Source: Antedon mediterranea (lineage: Eukaryota > Animalia > Echinodermata). From it: a stretch of DNA of 64,000 nt. Shown piece after piece: positions 38,301-51,126 of this stretch. The notes beneath the pieces are model-generated. The model was not told the origin of the DNA, did not search any database, and was given only the letters and a program-made list of their open reading frames with translations. The translations under genes were made by a program, and so were the position numbers. The stretch is taken from assembly GCF_964355755.1 (NCBI RefSeq), contig NC_092675.1:26570912-26634911 (forward strand), read 5' to 3'. Within the stretch, counting starts at the first letter, position 1; the number at the start of each line of letters is the position of its first letter.

Positions 38301-41300
38301 TATACACAACATATAAATGAGTGAACAGATTAAAGCATAGGAAGGAAGAAGCACAATCTACATTATTTGAACAGAGTATATAATAAGTTGCAATCTGTCT
38401 CTACTCTTTGAATGTTAAATTAATTTTGTCTTTTGCTTGTGTGTCTGCAGATTAAAAGGTGGCAGCTTGGGGTGCGGGGTTAGATGCTGAGAGTTATTTG
38501 CCGCCATCTGATTTTATTTTCTATATTTTTGCCTCTTAGATTTCTTTAATCCCATATTAAATATATGATTTTCATTTTATTGAATATAAGACATTCAAGT
38601 TGTTTTCAAACATACCTCTAGTAGATCTAAAAGGAGTGTAACATTTTCAGGTTTTTTGATAAATATTTCTGTGAACTGTTCTCCAAGATGAGACTCATCT
38701 GCCTTCTTTACTTCACCATTGGAAAGTTCCTCTGAAACAATCAACATAACACTGGATTAAACTGACCATAAAAATTATAATCTGCACTTATGGTCAAATT
38801 AACTGACTACAAGTTAACTGACAATAGCCTATGCTTTGCCAAAGAATATAAAAATACCCTAATGGCACCCCTGTACCATAATAGACTAATCCGTCAACCA
38901 CAACCTTGTGTGGGCATTCCCCAACCACTCTCCCTGGCTCAACTTATCACTCATTCCTTTTCATATAAATAATCTCAGGGGAGAACATGGTCTATTTCAT
39001 ATTTTTAACAATTTTATATTCAATAAACCATTTTATATTTCTCCACATTTTATCAGCACAAATATTCTATGGACATTATGTTAGAATTGTCGTCATGTTT
39101 ACACAACTCACTAGTAAATTAAATGTTTTCATATTTTACCTTCATCTTCATCAACAGAGTTTGAAATAGTGTTATATAATGTATCAAGTGCATATCCCAC
39201 AATCTCTCCATCTGATCGATCGTTCAGTAGTACATTAATCAGAATTTCCATGGACTGTGTGCCCACTTCCAAACGGAAAGTCTATAGTAAATAAAATAAT
39301 TAAAAAAAACCATTATAGAAATTGCTGAACTGGTTTTAAAATAGATTCATAGAACACTAATTGAGTAGGTGAATAAAAGGAGGGTGGGGAGGGGAAAACC
39401 CCTGCTAAATTTTAGGGCATTAGGTTCAGTTCACACCTCTTCTCTATTTCAAAATCATCAATGGATACGGCACTGCTAATAGCAATTACAGGGACGATTA
39501 TTTTGGACAAGTCGTTTACATACTATACCTTTGACAAAGCTTTAAGTGCACGAACAGCATCGCGCCTGTCATCAAGTAGGGTAGATGACTGAACACGATC
39601 ACACAACTTGGAAACCTGAATTATAAAATAAATTTAAAAAAATGATGTTTATGATGACCCATTAATTTAATTCATGTCAGACATCCTTATCTAGAAAAAA
39701 AAACCAGTTTTTCTGGTTAGAGTTCTACGATTTCAATAGTAGGCCTCCTGCAGGCAGTAGGCCTAGGTAAAGTAGGGATTAGGTCAAGTTGAGCCGCCGC
39801 CATAAAAAAAACGTTATTTTCTATGAAATTTTAATGCTAACTTTTGCCATCGTTTGTTTTAATAATAGAAGTTTATTAAGAATAACGATGTATATTCAAA
39901 AGTTAATATCGCGGTTTTTAGTATAGGCCTATATTATTAAATATTACAATTAAAGAAATAATTATGGTCTAGGCCTGCCTAGTAGGCCTAAATACACGCA
40001 CTGCTGGACAATTTAAACCACATCAAACAGTCACAGACAGTTGTTGCGGTTGTCCACGTTCTGCCTTTCTTTAGTAGATTCTGCCAACTTCCTACGTCTA
40101 CTTTTTAGAGAAGATTGACAGACGATCGGGCTTTTTTTACGACGATCGTAAATAAGACGGCGTCCATTGCCATGGAAAAAACGATTATCACGATTGACAC
40201 ACCAATGCATATTTTATTTTAAGGGAATCCCCGGTCAGCAAAAACATGTAGCTGAACATCCGCCAAAAATGTTTAATCACCTTAAACAAACTGTATATGA
40301 TCATTTCACTGAATTATTTAATATAAAAAATTAATGGAAAACTCGTACATCATTATTGCACACACTATTAGTATTAATGCATATTTTTTTTTTATATAAA
40401 ATGGAAATCCTCGGTCAAAAACAAGTATGTTGAGGAAGTATTTGCCAAAATGTTTAATCGCCTTAAACAAACTGATCTGATTTCACTGAATTATTTAATA
40501 AAAAAATATAAATGGAAATGTTGGGTGAACCTAAGATCACGAAAACTAAGACCCAAGATTACCATTTAGTTCTCTTTTGCACCTGCCTTGTATTTTAACT
40601 CTAAATTTGTTAACCAACTTTATCCTGAATACCACACCTTAGAATTAGATGAAGAAGAATCTATAACAATAAAGTCTATAAATAAATTGATGATTTTATG
40701 CGAATTTCGCATACTCTATGTTCAATATAATATTTTGTTTCTATGGAATGCCAAAAGAACAACATTAATAGAGGGCCAACAACTATGTGGAATCCATCAA
40801 TTTAACTCATTTTGTTGTGCTAATCTTGTTCAATTCAATATACTAGAGGGTGAGCTCGCTTCGCTCGCTCCCCCTCTAGGAAGTGTAGACGATGGTTCTC
40901 GGAATGATAATGTTCTCCTTATACATTTTCTGTCGGTTACCATTATTGAAAATGCTTGACATTCGTAAAACTGAACTACTTTGTTTCACAGTGTTTTAGA
41001 TGATTAATAACATTTTAAAGTATAGTTTTTATTGTTTGGTAGGGCCCTTTGGGGAGGCGGAGGTCATTTGAGGGAGGTGCTTATTCGAGGGATATATGTT
41101 AAATTTTTTAGTTCTAATAATATGGTAACATTTATAATCAAATGAAATCCTCTCATAGATATGAAAAGTGGTAAAAACGAATAACAAATGCTTGGTAAAT
41201 TGCAGATAACAGTGCGGTGAATTCTACTACAAATAGTATAATTGTGTTATTATAAATATGTGGATGGACGTTTATTAGATAGTTAGGTTGTGGGGGGGGG

Positions 41301-43365
41301 GGGGGGTATTATTCAAAGTGATGTTTTATTGGAGAGGCGTTTATTCAAATGAATACCATCCTAATAATTATTAATACATTATTTAATTTAATCATCTTTT
41401 GAAACTAACTGCCGTGACAGAGTGGGCCCAAGAAAGAAGACATTACGACTTGCAACATGGGCAGACATCTCGGTCCTAACGGGACACAGGGAGATAGCCT
41501 ACAGTTATTCCTGCAAGCTTACTCAATAAAACTCAGCTATCGGGATTTCACTCGAAAAATGTCTTATCAAATCTCCCTATGTAATTTTATAATACTATTC
41601 CCCACAATATATTCTGATTCTTTATGGCGTATATTTAATTTGATCTTTATTAATTTGCAGTATAATTCCTATTATTTAACTACTGTACCTTCACACACGT
41701 GTGGTATGTTTTAAAATAAACAAAAAACTGAAATGGCTATGATTAATGGCCAATTTTTTTTTCGTCTTCCAAAGGGACACTGTATTGATTGATGGAAAGT
41801 GCCTGTTTCCAGTCACCTTTAGGGTCAAATCTATTATTTTAACTGCTCCCTTGTGTATAAAAGAGAGAAAATATTTGAAACTAAGGTGAACTTATCTTAA
41901 ACCCGGAAATTACTTTGACCGGGAAGAATTGAAATTGAGAGGAAAATCCAATGTTGAAATCATAAATGTTGTTAAAAAACTCTTTATAATATCTTCCTAA
42001 GATATAAATATGGAACAATAGCGTCGGCGTGCACACTAATGTTATCAAATCTACGTTTCGCGGTACATCTCGGATAGATAAGGTAGGTATCCAAGGCGGA
42101 GATTTGTACCGAAGTTTTTGCATCGTGCTCGCCTATGTCAGAATTAACCATAATTTATATATAGATTTTGTCACGGTCAATACAAATAAAATGTTAATGT
42201 TGATACTTTACAGGGTTTCGTTTAAGAATAAAATAGACAAATTCATCATATCCCCTTAGGTCGCCCTTATGACTATTGACTAGTCCTAGGGTAAGTAGTG
42301 ATGCTGATTTTAAGGTCGATTAATATTCTTTGAAAATAGAAAAGTACTGTATCAGCTGTAACATATATTACAGCATTTTTATTGACAAATTCTATTGAAA
42401 TTAAACGAGCAATTCACTAATAAATGCATTAAATGTAGACGCATTCCATCAAGTTTTTAGTCCTCTATTATTGTTGCTCTTTTGGCGCTCTATATAAACG
42501 AAAATATTGTTGGAAGTTGAGTATACGAAAGAGTGTGTGTGAAACGCGTTTTTATTTATGATGAAACCTACTATGTTTAAAATTGTGTATAGATAAGCTG
42601 TCGTATATCTTAGAATTTGTAATCTTATGTCTTGGGTCTTAGGTTTTGTGATCTTACAGTAGGTCTGGGGTCTTAGCTTTCGTGATCTTAGGTTTCGTGA
42701 CACCCTGGAAACGTTGTCTATTTAACACTATAGATGCATGTTGTTTTTTCAATATAATAAAAGGGGAATCCCGCGGTCAGCAAAAACATGTCAAGCGTGA
42801 TTCGACCCCACAGCCCTGCTGGCTTTTTGCTTTTAATACCAATAAAAATGTACATAACAGTAGAAAAAGGTAACAAAGTACAATCTTAACGCTCAAAATA
42901 CTCTGTTAAAAACTTAACACAATATTTCACTTCATATCGGTATGTAGGCATAGGCCTATATGAACTCAATTATATAAACTACCTAGGCTAGGCCTAGGCC
43001 AATAATGGAACGGATTTACAAACGATACAATTGGCTATCGGGCCCAACGATTAAGACTATTGGGCCCAAAGCCTAAGACGATATCGGGCACATACAAAAA
43101 TGGGCCCGATCGTCTCTATGATGCCTCGGATCGTCCTTGGGCCCCGATCTTCTGATCACCGGCAATAATTAACGCCCAGCTTAAACGTTCAGTCTTCTAG
43201 GCTAGCCTAGCTAGGCCTAGGCCTAGATACCAAACTAAAGCTTTCAATTTGATTTTATGGTTTTTGGTTTCATAATTCTAGAATAGGCCGAAGCCTTACC
43301 GTCTCTGCACCCGATGGCTTGAGCCCAGGATCTTGATTCCCTCCAAATATATTGAAAAAACTCAT
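24571..43365 (-). CDS. USO1: General vesicular transport factor p115 (USO1), 19 coding exons
   Basis: Exons 43365-43300, 39615-39529, 39281-39140, 38731-38616, 38292-38134, 37752-37547, 37352-37103, 36203-36115, 35279-35125, 34653-34448, 34031-33918, 33534-33416, 32361-32180, 31623-31517, 28528-28393, 27647-27535, 26558-26352, 25904-25503, 24630-24571. Hallmarks GAETVSKLCDRVQSSTLLDDRRDAVRALK, IQKIVAFENAFERL, WSAQKVNN, SGVPADILTETINTVSEVIRG, coiled coil with ELDDLLVLL, acidic tail EDEDDDEEEEDEEEDEN*. Confidence 0.97.
26995..27297 (+). mobile_element. Near full-length tRNA-derived SINE (CORE/Meta-like centre, L2-like tail); partial inverted copy at 47936-48115
   Basis: A box GTGGAGCAGTG, B box GGTTCGAATCC, centre TCCTTAGGCAAGATACTTTAC...GCCTCTCTCCACCCAGGTGTATAAATGGG, tail CAGCGCTTAGAG...CTATATAAATCCAGGATA(TTA)n. 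Confidence 0.85.
28855..29080 (+). mobile_element. Non-LTR retrotransposon reverse-transcriptase fragment (pseudogenic)
   Basis: LLYADDLVLIGDTVKGLQRLINILGKYCNEWGLTINVEKNKIIVFKNGGK...EIVDSFKYLG: YADD catalytic motif and FKYLG; disrupted. Confidence 0.9.
29399..31469. mobile_element. 2.07-kb internally deleted DNA transposon (possibly Sola2-like) inserted in a (TAA)n microsatellite
   Basis: Termini GGGCAATTCCA / TGGAATTGCCC, TAAT on both sides, many internal AATTCCGTCAC repeats; carries ORF 30276-30686. Confidence 0.75.
30276..30686 (+). pseudogene. Transposon-borne ORF remnant, Tudor/SH3-like C-terminal module
   Basis: KGDFVLIKY...NYVAIV...LNIIHL...F...I.R.QIVSVLPAP...RYHF resembles beta-barrel tails of some invertebrate DNA-transposon proteins; no DDE core visible. 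Confidence 0.5.
33535..33917 (-). other. U12-type (minor spliceosome) GT-AG intron of USO1
   Basis: Donor GTATCCTTTT at 33917; branch-like TTCTTTAAT (33553-33545) about 10 nt before CAG; no polypyrimidine tract. Confidence 0.85.
35282..35847. repeat. ~118-bp minisatellite, about 4.7 copies, abutting a USO1 acceptor
   Basis: Unit AAAAAGTAATAACAAAGAAATGTATTTCTCCTTT...GCTATTCTGATTT..AAATAGCCATAAATGT...GCTAGAGAGAGAAC.CACTATGGC repeated head to tail. Confidence 0.95.
36875..37019 (-). pseudogene. 5S rRNA-derived sequence (pseudogene or SINE3 head) with a tandemly repeated 5' segment
   Basis: Minus strand GATCACCGAAGTTAAGCAACGTTGGGCCTGGTTAGAGCTTGGATGGGAGACCATCTGGGAATATCGGGTGCTGTA matches animal 5S (A and C boxes). 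The 5' part TACGGCTTTACCACGTTGAAAA occurs about 3 times. No oligo-T terminator follows. Confidence 0.85.
40523..42705. mobile_element. 2.18-kb non-autonomous TIR transposon with a ~10-bp TSD (Mutator-like) in USO1 intron 1
   Basis: Left GGGTGAACCTAAGATCACGAAAACTAAGACCC; right GGGTCTTAGCTTTCGTGATCTTAGGTTTCGTGACACCC; flanks TGGAAATGTT (40513-40522) and TGGAAACGTT (42706-42715). Confidence 0.75.
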
Positions 43366-43459
43366 CTTTCTACCAAGATGTTTCACCTTCTTTACGGTGT
43401 ATGTTGTGGATAAAAATGCCAGGTTGCGAACGTGGCGATCATATCCAGGCTGATGAGTA

Positions 43460-43469
43460 TGCGCATGCG
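43460..43469. promoter_or_regulatory. NRF1-type site upstream of USO1
   Basis: TGCGCATGCG about 95 nt upstream of the USO1 ATG; a typical housekeeping promoter motif. Confidence 0.5.
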
Positions 43470-44085
43470 TAACCACTTTCCTACAAAACTTCTTTATAAA
43501 AATTATGCCTTAAATCTTCTTAAATATTCTTTATTCATCATCAAAAACGAAACATAACAAATACAAAATAGTCCTAATTTAGAAAGGCAAATAATAAATG
43601 CAAAGAAAAAACTTAAAGTGAACTTAAACGCAAACAAATGATACGATATTCGCATAATAGGCTTAGCTACTTCTTAAAATAGACTTTCGGCCCTATGCTT
43701 TTCATTTTTTCCGAGTTAACTAAAATGAAAAAATAATATCAAATATAGCACGAGGAAATGAATTAATTTAAACACTTTTTATGCTACAAAATCAAGAATG
43801 CCGATTATGCTCCTTCAAATTCATCTTCTACCTGAGTAAATTAAATCGGTATATATTTCTTAACCCTGTCATTAATAAACAACAACAAAAATACTCCTGC
43901 CGCCCTGATGAAGTTAGCTCAACGACAATTCTTTCTTTAAATGCCATTACATTCTTCTAATTTTTTGTTTAAAATATTCCCTCTTCTTATAATGTAATAT
44001 TAAATATGTGTTTAAAAAAGCTATTAAATTAGAGTATAACAATGACCGTAAGGCAATGTATTATAGTTCATGAACAAAACCTCTT

Positions 44086-45671
44086 CTAAACAGTCTTCTG
44101 AATCATACCGGACATTGCAAGCAAGAGCGTAGTTAAAATGGTAATAAACAACATTAGCATAAACGAAAAGAAATCCATTTTTTTTAATCGCCTCTTATCT
44201 GCTTCAAGTTTTCCTTTTTCTTTAATACTATTGTCAGCGACATCTTCTATCATTGGATCCATGTCTTGTCTAGATTGCAATTGCTATATGTAATAAAAAA
44301 AAAAAGGTATTACAACTAAAATGATAATCCGTATCGAATAAGTAATTGAATCATATATAGTATTACGATTACGAGCATGGAGAACTTTTCTAAATAATTC
44401 CTTCATGGATGATGATAGGCTTGATAATAAATTGTTGCATGCATCCAAACACGCGGAGTAACACAATTATTATTGTATATAATACGGTGAAGGTTAAGGG
44501 TCTTTCACACCTGTTCCGGTACGGCATTCCGGTCCGTCGCCGGCAAATCAAATCCGAACGTCAATTTTTCGTTTTCATGACGCTCCACGCGGCTACATAT
44601 ACGCCGATTCATATTATGCGCGTTTTCGATTTGATTTACCGACGCCGTGGGTATTTTTAGCTAGTATTAATTTCAAGATTTACTCAACATGTCTAACCTT
44701 TCTCATCCATATCTGTGCAGCCACTAAACTCGCTAAAGTAATTTGGGCAACTATAGACACAGTGATTGTAACAGCAGTAAAACAGTACAGAGCGTCTACA
44801 GATGCATCAGTTTTGATAAAAAATACTAGAATATTTAATGTTTGCTGTAGTCCAATCACTTGTAAAATTCCTTGAGATGTATGTTCGTAATCGTTTAGAA
44901 GGCTTAGTTCTTTACTCTGAAAGATACGTGTTTGACTTGAAATTATATCATTAGACGACATCTCAATCGTTATTTTATAATTAAAGAACATACATTTACA
45001 TTTTAACATTGATCTTCTTTATAGGCTTACCTGTTTTCTTTCCACCGGTTTTTCTTGGTTTAACAATCCTGTCTCTATAATTGGCCTAAGTGGAAAATAT
45101 AATATAAATTGTAGTCATTGAGTATCAGAATAAAGATGAAAAACGTTTCCTTAAAATTATTGAGTAGATACAGCAATTCATAGTCTTGTTATCTATCCTT
45201 TTTCTATTTTTGATTACACTTGTAGGCTAACTGTAATACTCTGTAGTATGTAGATATTAGACATATGATTTTTTTTTATTAACTTGAACGTCTTCAATTT
45301 CATTGACACACACTATGATATACCTAAAAAAACATAAGTCTAATGATAAGCATGAGTGAAAATGAATTCCAGCAGCATAATTATGCAGTTATTTTTTAAC
45401 TATTTAATATACGATTTTAAGGTATATAATAGACATACTTATAAGGTAATGCGGACCTTTTGTGAGCTAGCTCCCATTCTCAAATAAAAGCGCTCCACAT
45501 TTAACAAATTCTAGATCCGCTTCTGTTGTAGAAATATCATTTAATGCATATCTAGCTATTTATACAAAATCAATTTCTAAATTAGTCAATACAAAAGAAA
45601 TCCGAGGCGGAATCTACAACAATAACTTACTTTTTATCGTCACCAATATTATTTTCTTCTGAACCAGACAT
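44086..45671 (-). CDS. Ninjurin-like membrane protein, copy A, 170 aa
   Basis: Exons 45671-45631, 45085-45031, 44916-44698, 44283-44086 in frame. TSQGILQVIGLQQTLNILVFFIK (amphipathic), LYCFTAVTITVSIVAQITLASLVAA (TM1), MDFFSFMLMLFITILTTLLLAMSG (TM2) match ninjurin spacing (ESMLDIALL...FY......ISISLVLQI...LVFIIVVVNIFITAFG). Gene model strong; family call moderate. Confidence 0.8.
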
Positions 45672-46375
45672 GCTGAATTTGTAAACAAATGTGTTAAAAA
45701 AAACACGAGTTATTATCACATGCGACTCGTCATCGACAATTACTGAGTTACAGCATACTGATACGGGCAAACTGTTATTATTTTTATTGTGGAACCAGTA
45801 ACCCGGTAGTGAATTTGGATAAAGCAACGTTTGTGAATCGTTAAAAGACTCAAGGAATCGGATTAGGAAAACGGAAACACTATGATTATGAATCTAAAAG
45901 AATATCTCAAAGACACACTAATAAGTGAATATTTGTACTATAGGGCTTAGTTAACAATGAAACTGAAACTGGATAATGCACTCTACATATGACATAAGGT
46001 TAAAACATTGTTCCTCTTATTGGAGAAAGTGATCAGGCCTTTTTTTTTTTTTTTATTTCATTTCAACACATACAAAATACAAAATGAATAGATAAAGGTA
46101 ACGTAACTATTAAACAAATAAAAAGAAACACGATATAATACTCTCTCAAAAATAAGAGAGTAATGAAATAAAAGAAAAAAATAATGTATCGCAAAAATAC
46201 ACTTTATAATAATCATTTTGTAAATAAGTGATCAGGCCTACATATAAAAATCATCGTAAGTTTGTTTACATTATGCCTGTATTAACCTACATTAAAAATA
46301 AAACTAAAAATAAAATCAATTAGGCCTAAAGTAGCTCAATGAAGCAAGAAAAAAAATCCAAGTTTGAATCTCATT

Positions 46376-47935
46376 TCAGACCTGCTAGTTTTAAAAAAGA
46401 TAGGACAGAATGTTCACAAGCCGGTGAGCAGTCTTAAAGTAACAAGTAAACTTAAATTGCATTTTCTCTACTACTACTACTACTACTTGTCCAAAAAACT
46501 TTTTTTGTACAAGAGGCAAGAGTTATAATTTGTGATTTGTAATTTAAAAACATAATTAGATTTCATGTAATCTTTTCAATTTCACCCGTGTGTTTTTCGC
46601 GTTGCTGTTCTATTGTTAGTCGACTGAAGCTATTGTTAGTTGAAAGACTGGTTACATAACCTTTACACCAAACTCATATACACATGATTGTAGTGAAATT
46701 AGCCTAAATCACACAGCATTAAGACACACCACTTGTAGTGAAAATCGGGTCAAGGTCTGGCGGCCAATTTTGATTTGGCCAAGTATCGCGCTATGCGCGA
46801 GGGCTAGTTTGTTTGTATGTATGTTTGTTTGTTAGCACGATAGCGCCTACAGTTTTCAAGTTATCATTCTGAATTTTAAATTGGTGTATTAATAACTTCA
46901 TAAATAACTAAAATGATATTATTTTCAGACCGGCTGTTGTTAAAAGATACCGTAGGACAGAATTGTTCAAAAGCCGGCGAGCAGTCTTAAAGTAATTGTA
47001 CAAGAGGCAAGAGTTATAATTGGTGATTTGTAATTTTAAAACATAATCTGATTTAATGTTCACCTTTATTGATGAGAGTAGTTTAAAAAAGCTATTTCTT
47101 TTCAATTCACAGAGTTTGATTTTCGCGTTGCTGTTGTATTGTTAGTCAACTGAAGCTATTGTTAATTGAAAGGCTTGTTACATAACCATTACACCAAACT
47201 CGCATACACATGCTTGTAGTGAAATTAGCCTAAATCACAAACAGCATTAAGACACACACAAATATATATCAATATATATATTTCTTCCCGGAGAAATCTA
47301 TGTAGGAGAATGTTACAGTAGGCGGAGGTATGCACTCTTGGATCAGTGGCTTTCTAGTTCAACATGCTCCCCATCAGTGGATATATTTTGCCAAGTACCT
47401 CACTCAGTTTCTGAGTGCTTTCATTTGTCTGTTTGTTTGTTAGCAGGATTACTCAAAAAGTATTTACAAGATTTACCAAAATGAATGTACAGATAGATAT
47501 GTGGTCAAGGACCATTCCATTAAAGTTTGAGACCATTTGAAACCACGGTCCCAATTCTGGACCACTTTTTAGTATACTCTTCAGACCTGCTAGTGTTAAA
47601 AGATAGGACAGAATTTTTCAAAAGCCGGCGAGCAGTCTTAAAGTAACAAGTAAACTGAAATTGCATTTTCTCGAAAACTAATTGTCCAAAGTTCATTTTT
47701 GTACAAGAGGCAAGAGTTATAATTTGTGATTTGTAATTTTAAAACATAATTTGATTTAATGTGCACGTTTTTTTATGCGAGTAGTTTAAAAAACCTATTT
47801 CTTTTCAATTTATTTCATTTCTATTGTTAGTCAACTGAAGCTATTGTTATAATTGAAAGGCTTGTTACATAACCATTACACCCAACTCGCATACACATGC
47901 TTGTAGTGAAATTAGCCTAAATCACAAACAGCATT
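46376..47935. repeat. Three ~350-bp direct repeats separated by HINE-like insertions
   Basis: TTCAGACC.GCT.GT...GGACAGAAT...GAGCAGTCTTAAAGTAA...GTAGTGAAATTAGCCTAAATCACA starts near 46376, 46924 and 47580. Confidence 0.85.
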
Positions 47936-48337
47936 AATAATAATATCCTGGATTTATATAGCGCCTAATGTAATGAAACCTCTAAGCGCTGAACATTATT
48001 ACCCCAGTCATTTTTTTGGATCAAACACGTATGGAAACATACTTCCATAATGCATCTATAGTAATCAGCGCAAAGTTGTGTCTTGATCTAACCGGGTACC
48101 CATTTATACACCTGGGAAAAGCTTAAACGCTTTCTTTAAATTCCACACCACCAGTTCTTTCAATTTCTTGTTAATTTTAGGCCTATTTAAGTATTTCCCT
48201 CTTCTTATAATATATAATAATATGTACAAACCAGATGAACATTTTCAATCATATAATAATATGTGTTTATAAAAGCTATTAAATTAGAGTATAAAAATGA
48301 CAAGGCAATGTATTATAGTCCATGAATAAAACCTCTT

Positions 48338-51126
48338 CTAAACAGTCTCAATCAAACCAGAGAATGCAAGCAAGAGCGTAGTTAAAATGGTAACAAGCAA
48401 CATCAGCATAAACGAAAAGAAATCCAAGTTCTGTACTCGCTTCTTCTGTTTATTCTGGTTATTAACAATATCTCGCAGTTTCATGAGAGCGTCTACATTT
48501 AGTTTAGATTGTGATTCCAGTTTTTCTCGCCAGGCCAAGTTTCCAGCGACATCAGATTTTAATTTCTATGTAATCAAAAATTATTACAATTAATATAATC
48601 GTATCGAATAAGTAAATGTAATTGAACGTGGAAGACATGACATTATAGTATACGAGCATGGAGAAATGTTCTAAATAATTCCTCCATGGATGATGATAGG
48701 CATTTGAGAATAAGTGTATGCTTCCAAACACCTGGAGTAACACAATTATCATAATTATTATTGTATATAAAACTGTGAAGGTTAAGGGTCTTTCACACCT
48801 GTGCCGGTACGGCATTCCGGTCCGTCGCCGGCAAATCAAATCCGAACGTCAATATTTCGTTTTCATGACGCTCCACCAGGATACCTATACGGCAATTAAT
48901 ATGCGCAAGCAGCGTGAACAAACATTGACATTCGATTTTATTTGCCGGCGCTGTACGTATTTTTAGTTATTAATATCAAGATTTATTCTTTCTGACCTTT
49001 TTCTTCCATATCTTTGCAGCCACTACGCACGCCAAAGTAATTTGAGCAACTATAGACACAGCGATTATAACAGCAGTAAAATAGTACAGAGCGTCTACAG
49101 ATGCATCAGTTTTGATAAAAAATACTAGAATATTTAATGTTTGCTGTAGTCCAATCGCTTGTAAAATTCCTTGAGATGTATGTTCGTAATCGTTTAGAAA
49201 TTCTAAACCCTGAAAGATACGTGTTTGTCTGGAATTATATCATAAGACGACATCTCCATTGTTATTTTATAAAGAAAATACAATTACATTTTAACATTGA
49301 TCTTCTTTTTATAGGCTTACCTCCGTTTGTCTCTCCTTTCCTGTATTAGGCCTAATATAAAAATAAAGTGGAAAATTGATATGTGGTCATTGGATAACAG
49401 AATAAAGATGAAACAGGTTTCTCTAAAACTATTGAGTAGATACAGCAATTCATAGTCCTGTTATCTATCCTTTTTCTATTTTTGATTACACTTGTAATTG
49501 TAATAGTATGTAGATATTGGACATTATACGAAATGTTTTCATCAACTTAACTTGAACGTCTTCAATTTCATTGACAACACACACTATAATATAATATAAT
49601 AGACCTAAAAAACCATAAGTCCAATGATAAGCATTAGTGAAAACGAATTCTAGCAGCATAATTATGCAGTTATTTTTTAACTATTTAATATACGATTTCA
49701 AGGTATAGGCCTAATAGACCTATACTTAAAAGGTAATGCGGACCTTGTGTGAGCTAGCTCCCATTCTCAAATAAAAGCGCTCCACATTTAAAAAAACTCT
49801 AGATCCGATTCTGACTGAAAAAATATAATTTAATGCATATCTATTTACAAAATCAATTTATAAATCAGTCAATACAAAAGAAATCTAAGGCGGACTCTAC
49901 AACAATAACTTACGTTCCAACGTCACCAGTTTCATTTTCTTTTGGATCAGCCTTGCTGAAGTGGAAAATTGATATAAATTGTGGTCATTGGGTAACAGAA
50001 TAAAGATGAAAAACATTTCTCTAAAATTATTGAGTAGATACAGCAATTCATAGTCCTGTTATCTATCCTTTTTCTATTTTTGATTACACTTGTAATTGTA
50101 ATAGTATGTAGATATTAGACATTATACGAAATGTTTTCATCAACTTGAACGTCTTCAATTTCATTGACAACACACACTATAACATAATATAATAGACCTA
50201 AAAAACCATAAGTCCAATGATAAGCATGAGTGAAAACGAATTCTAGCAGCATAATTATGCAGTTATTTTTTAACTATTTAATATACGATTTCAAGGTATA
50301 GGCCTAATAGACCTATACTTAAAAGGTAATGCGGACCTTGTGTGAGCTAGCTCCCATTCTCAAATAAAAGCGCTCCACCTTTAAAAAAACTCTAGATCCG
50401 ATTCTGACTGAAAAAATATAATTTAATGCATATCTATTTACAAAATCAATTTCTAAATCAGTCAATACAAAAGAAATCTAAGGCGGACTCTACAACAATA
50501 ACTTACGTTCCAACGTCACCAGTTTCATTTTCTTTTGAATCAGCCATGCTGAAGTGGAAAATTGATATCAATTGTGGTCATTGGGTAACAGAATAAAGAT
50601 GAAAAACGTTTCTCTAAAATTATTGAGTAGATACAGCAATTCATAGTCCTGTTATCTATCCTTTTCTATTTTTGATTACACTTGTAACTGTAGATATTAG
50701 ACATTATACACATTTTTTCCATCAACTTGACCGTCTTTAATTTCATTGACACACACTATAATATAATATAATAGACCTAAAAAACCGTAAGTCCAATGAT
50801 AAGCATGAGTGAAAACGAATTCTAGCAGCATAATTATGCAGTTATTTTTTAACTATTTAATATACGATTTCAAGGTATAGGCCTAATAGACCTATACTTA
50901 AAAGGTAATGCGGACCTTGTGTGAGCTAGCTCCCATTCTCAAATTAAAGCGCTCCACATTAAAAAAAACTCTAGATCCGATTCTGACTGAAAAAATATAA
51001 TTTAATGCATATCTATTTACAAAATCAATTTCTAAATCAGTCAATACAAAAGAAATCTAAGGCGGACTCTACAACAATAACTTACGTTCCAACGTCACCA
51101 GTTTCATTTTCTTTTGAATCAGCCAT
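48338..51126 (-). CDS. Ninjurin-like membrane protein, copy B, ~198 aa if all repeated exons are used
   Basis: Exons 51126-51086, 50548-50507, 49955-49914, 49351-49321, 49209-48997, 48565-48338 in frame; core nearly identical to copy A (NDYEHTSQGILQAIGLQQTLNILVFFIKTDASVDALYYF...; LDFFSFMLMLLVTILTTLLLAFSG). Confidence 0.78.
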
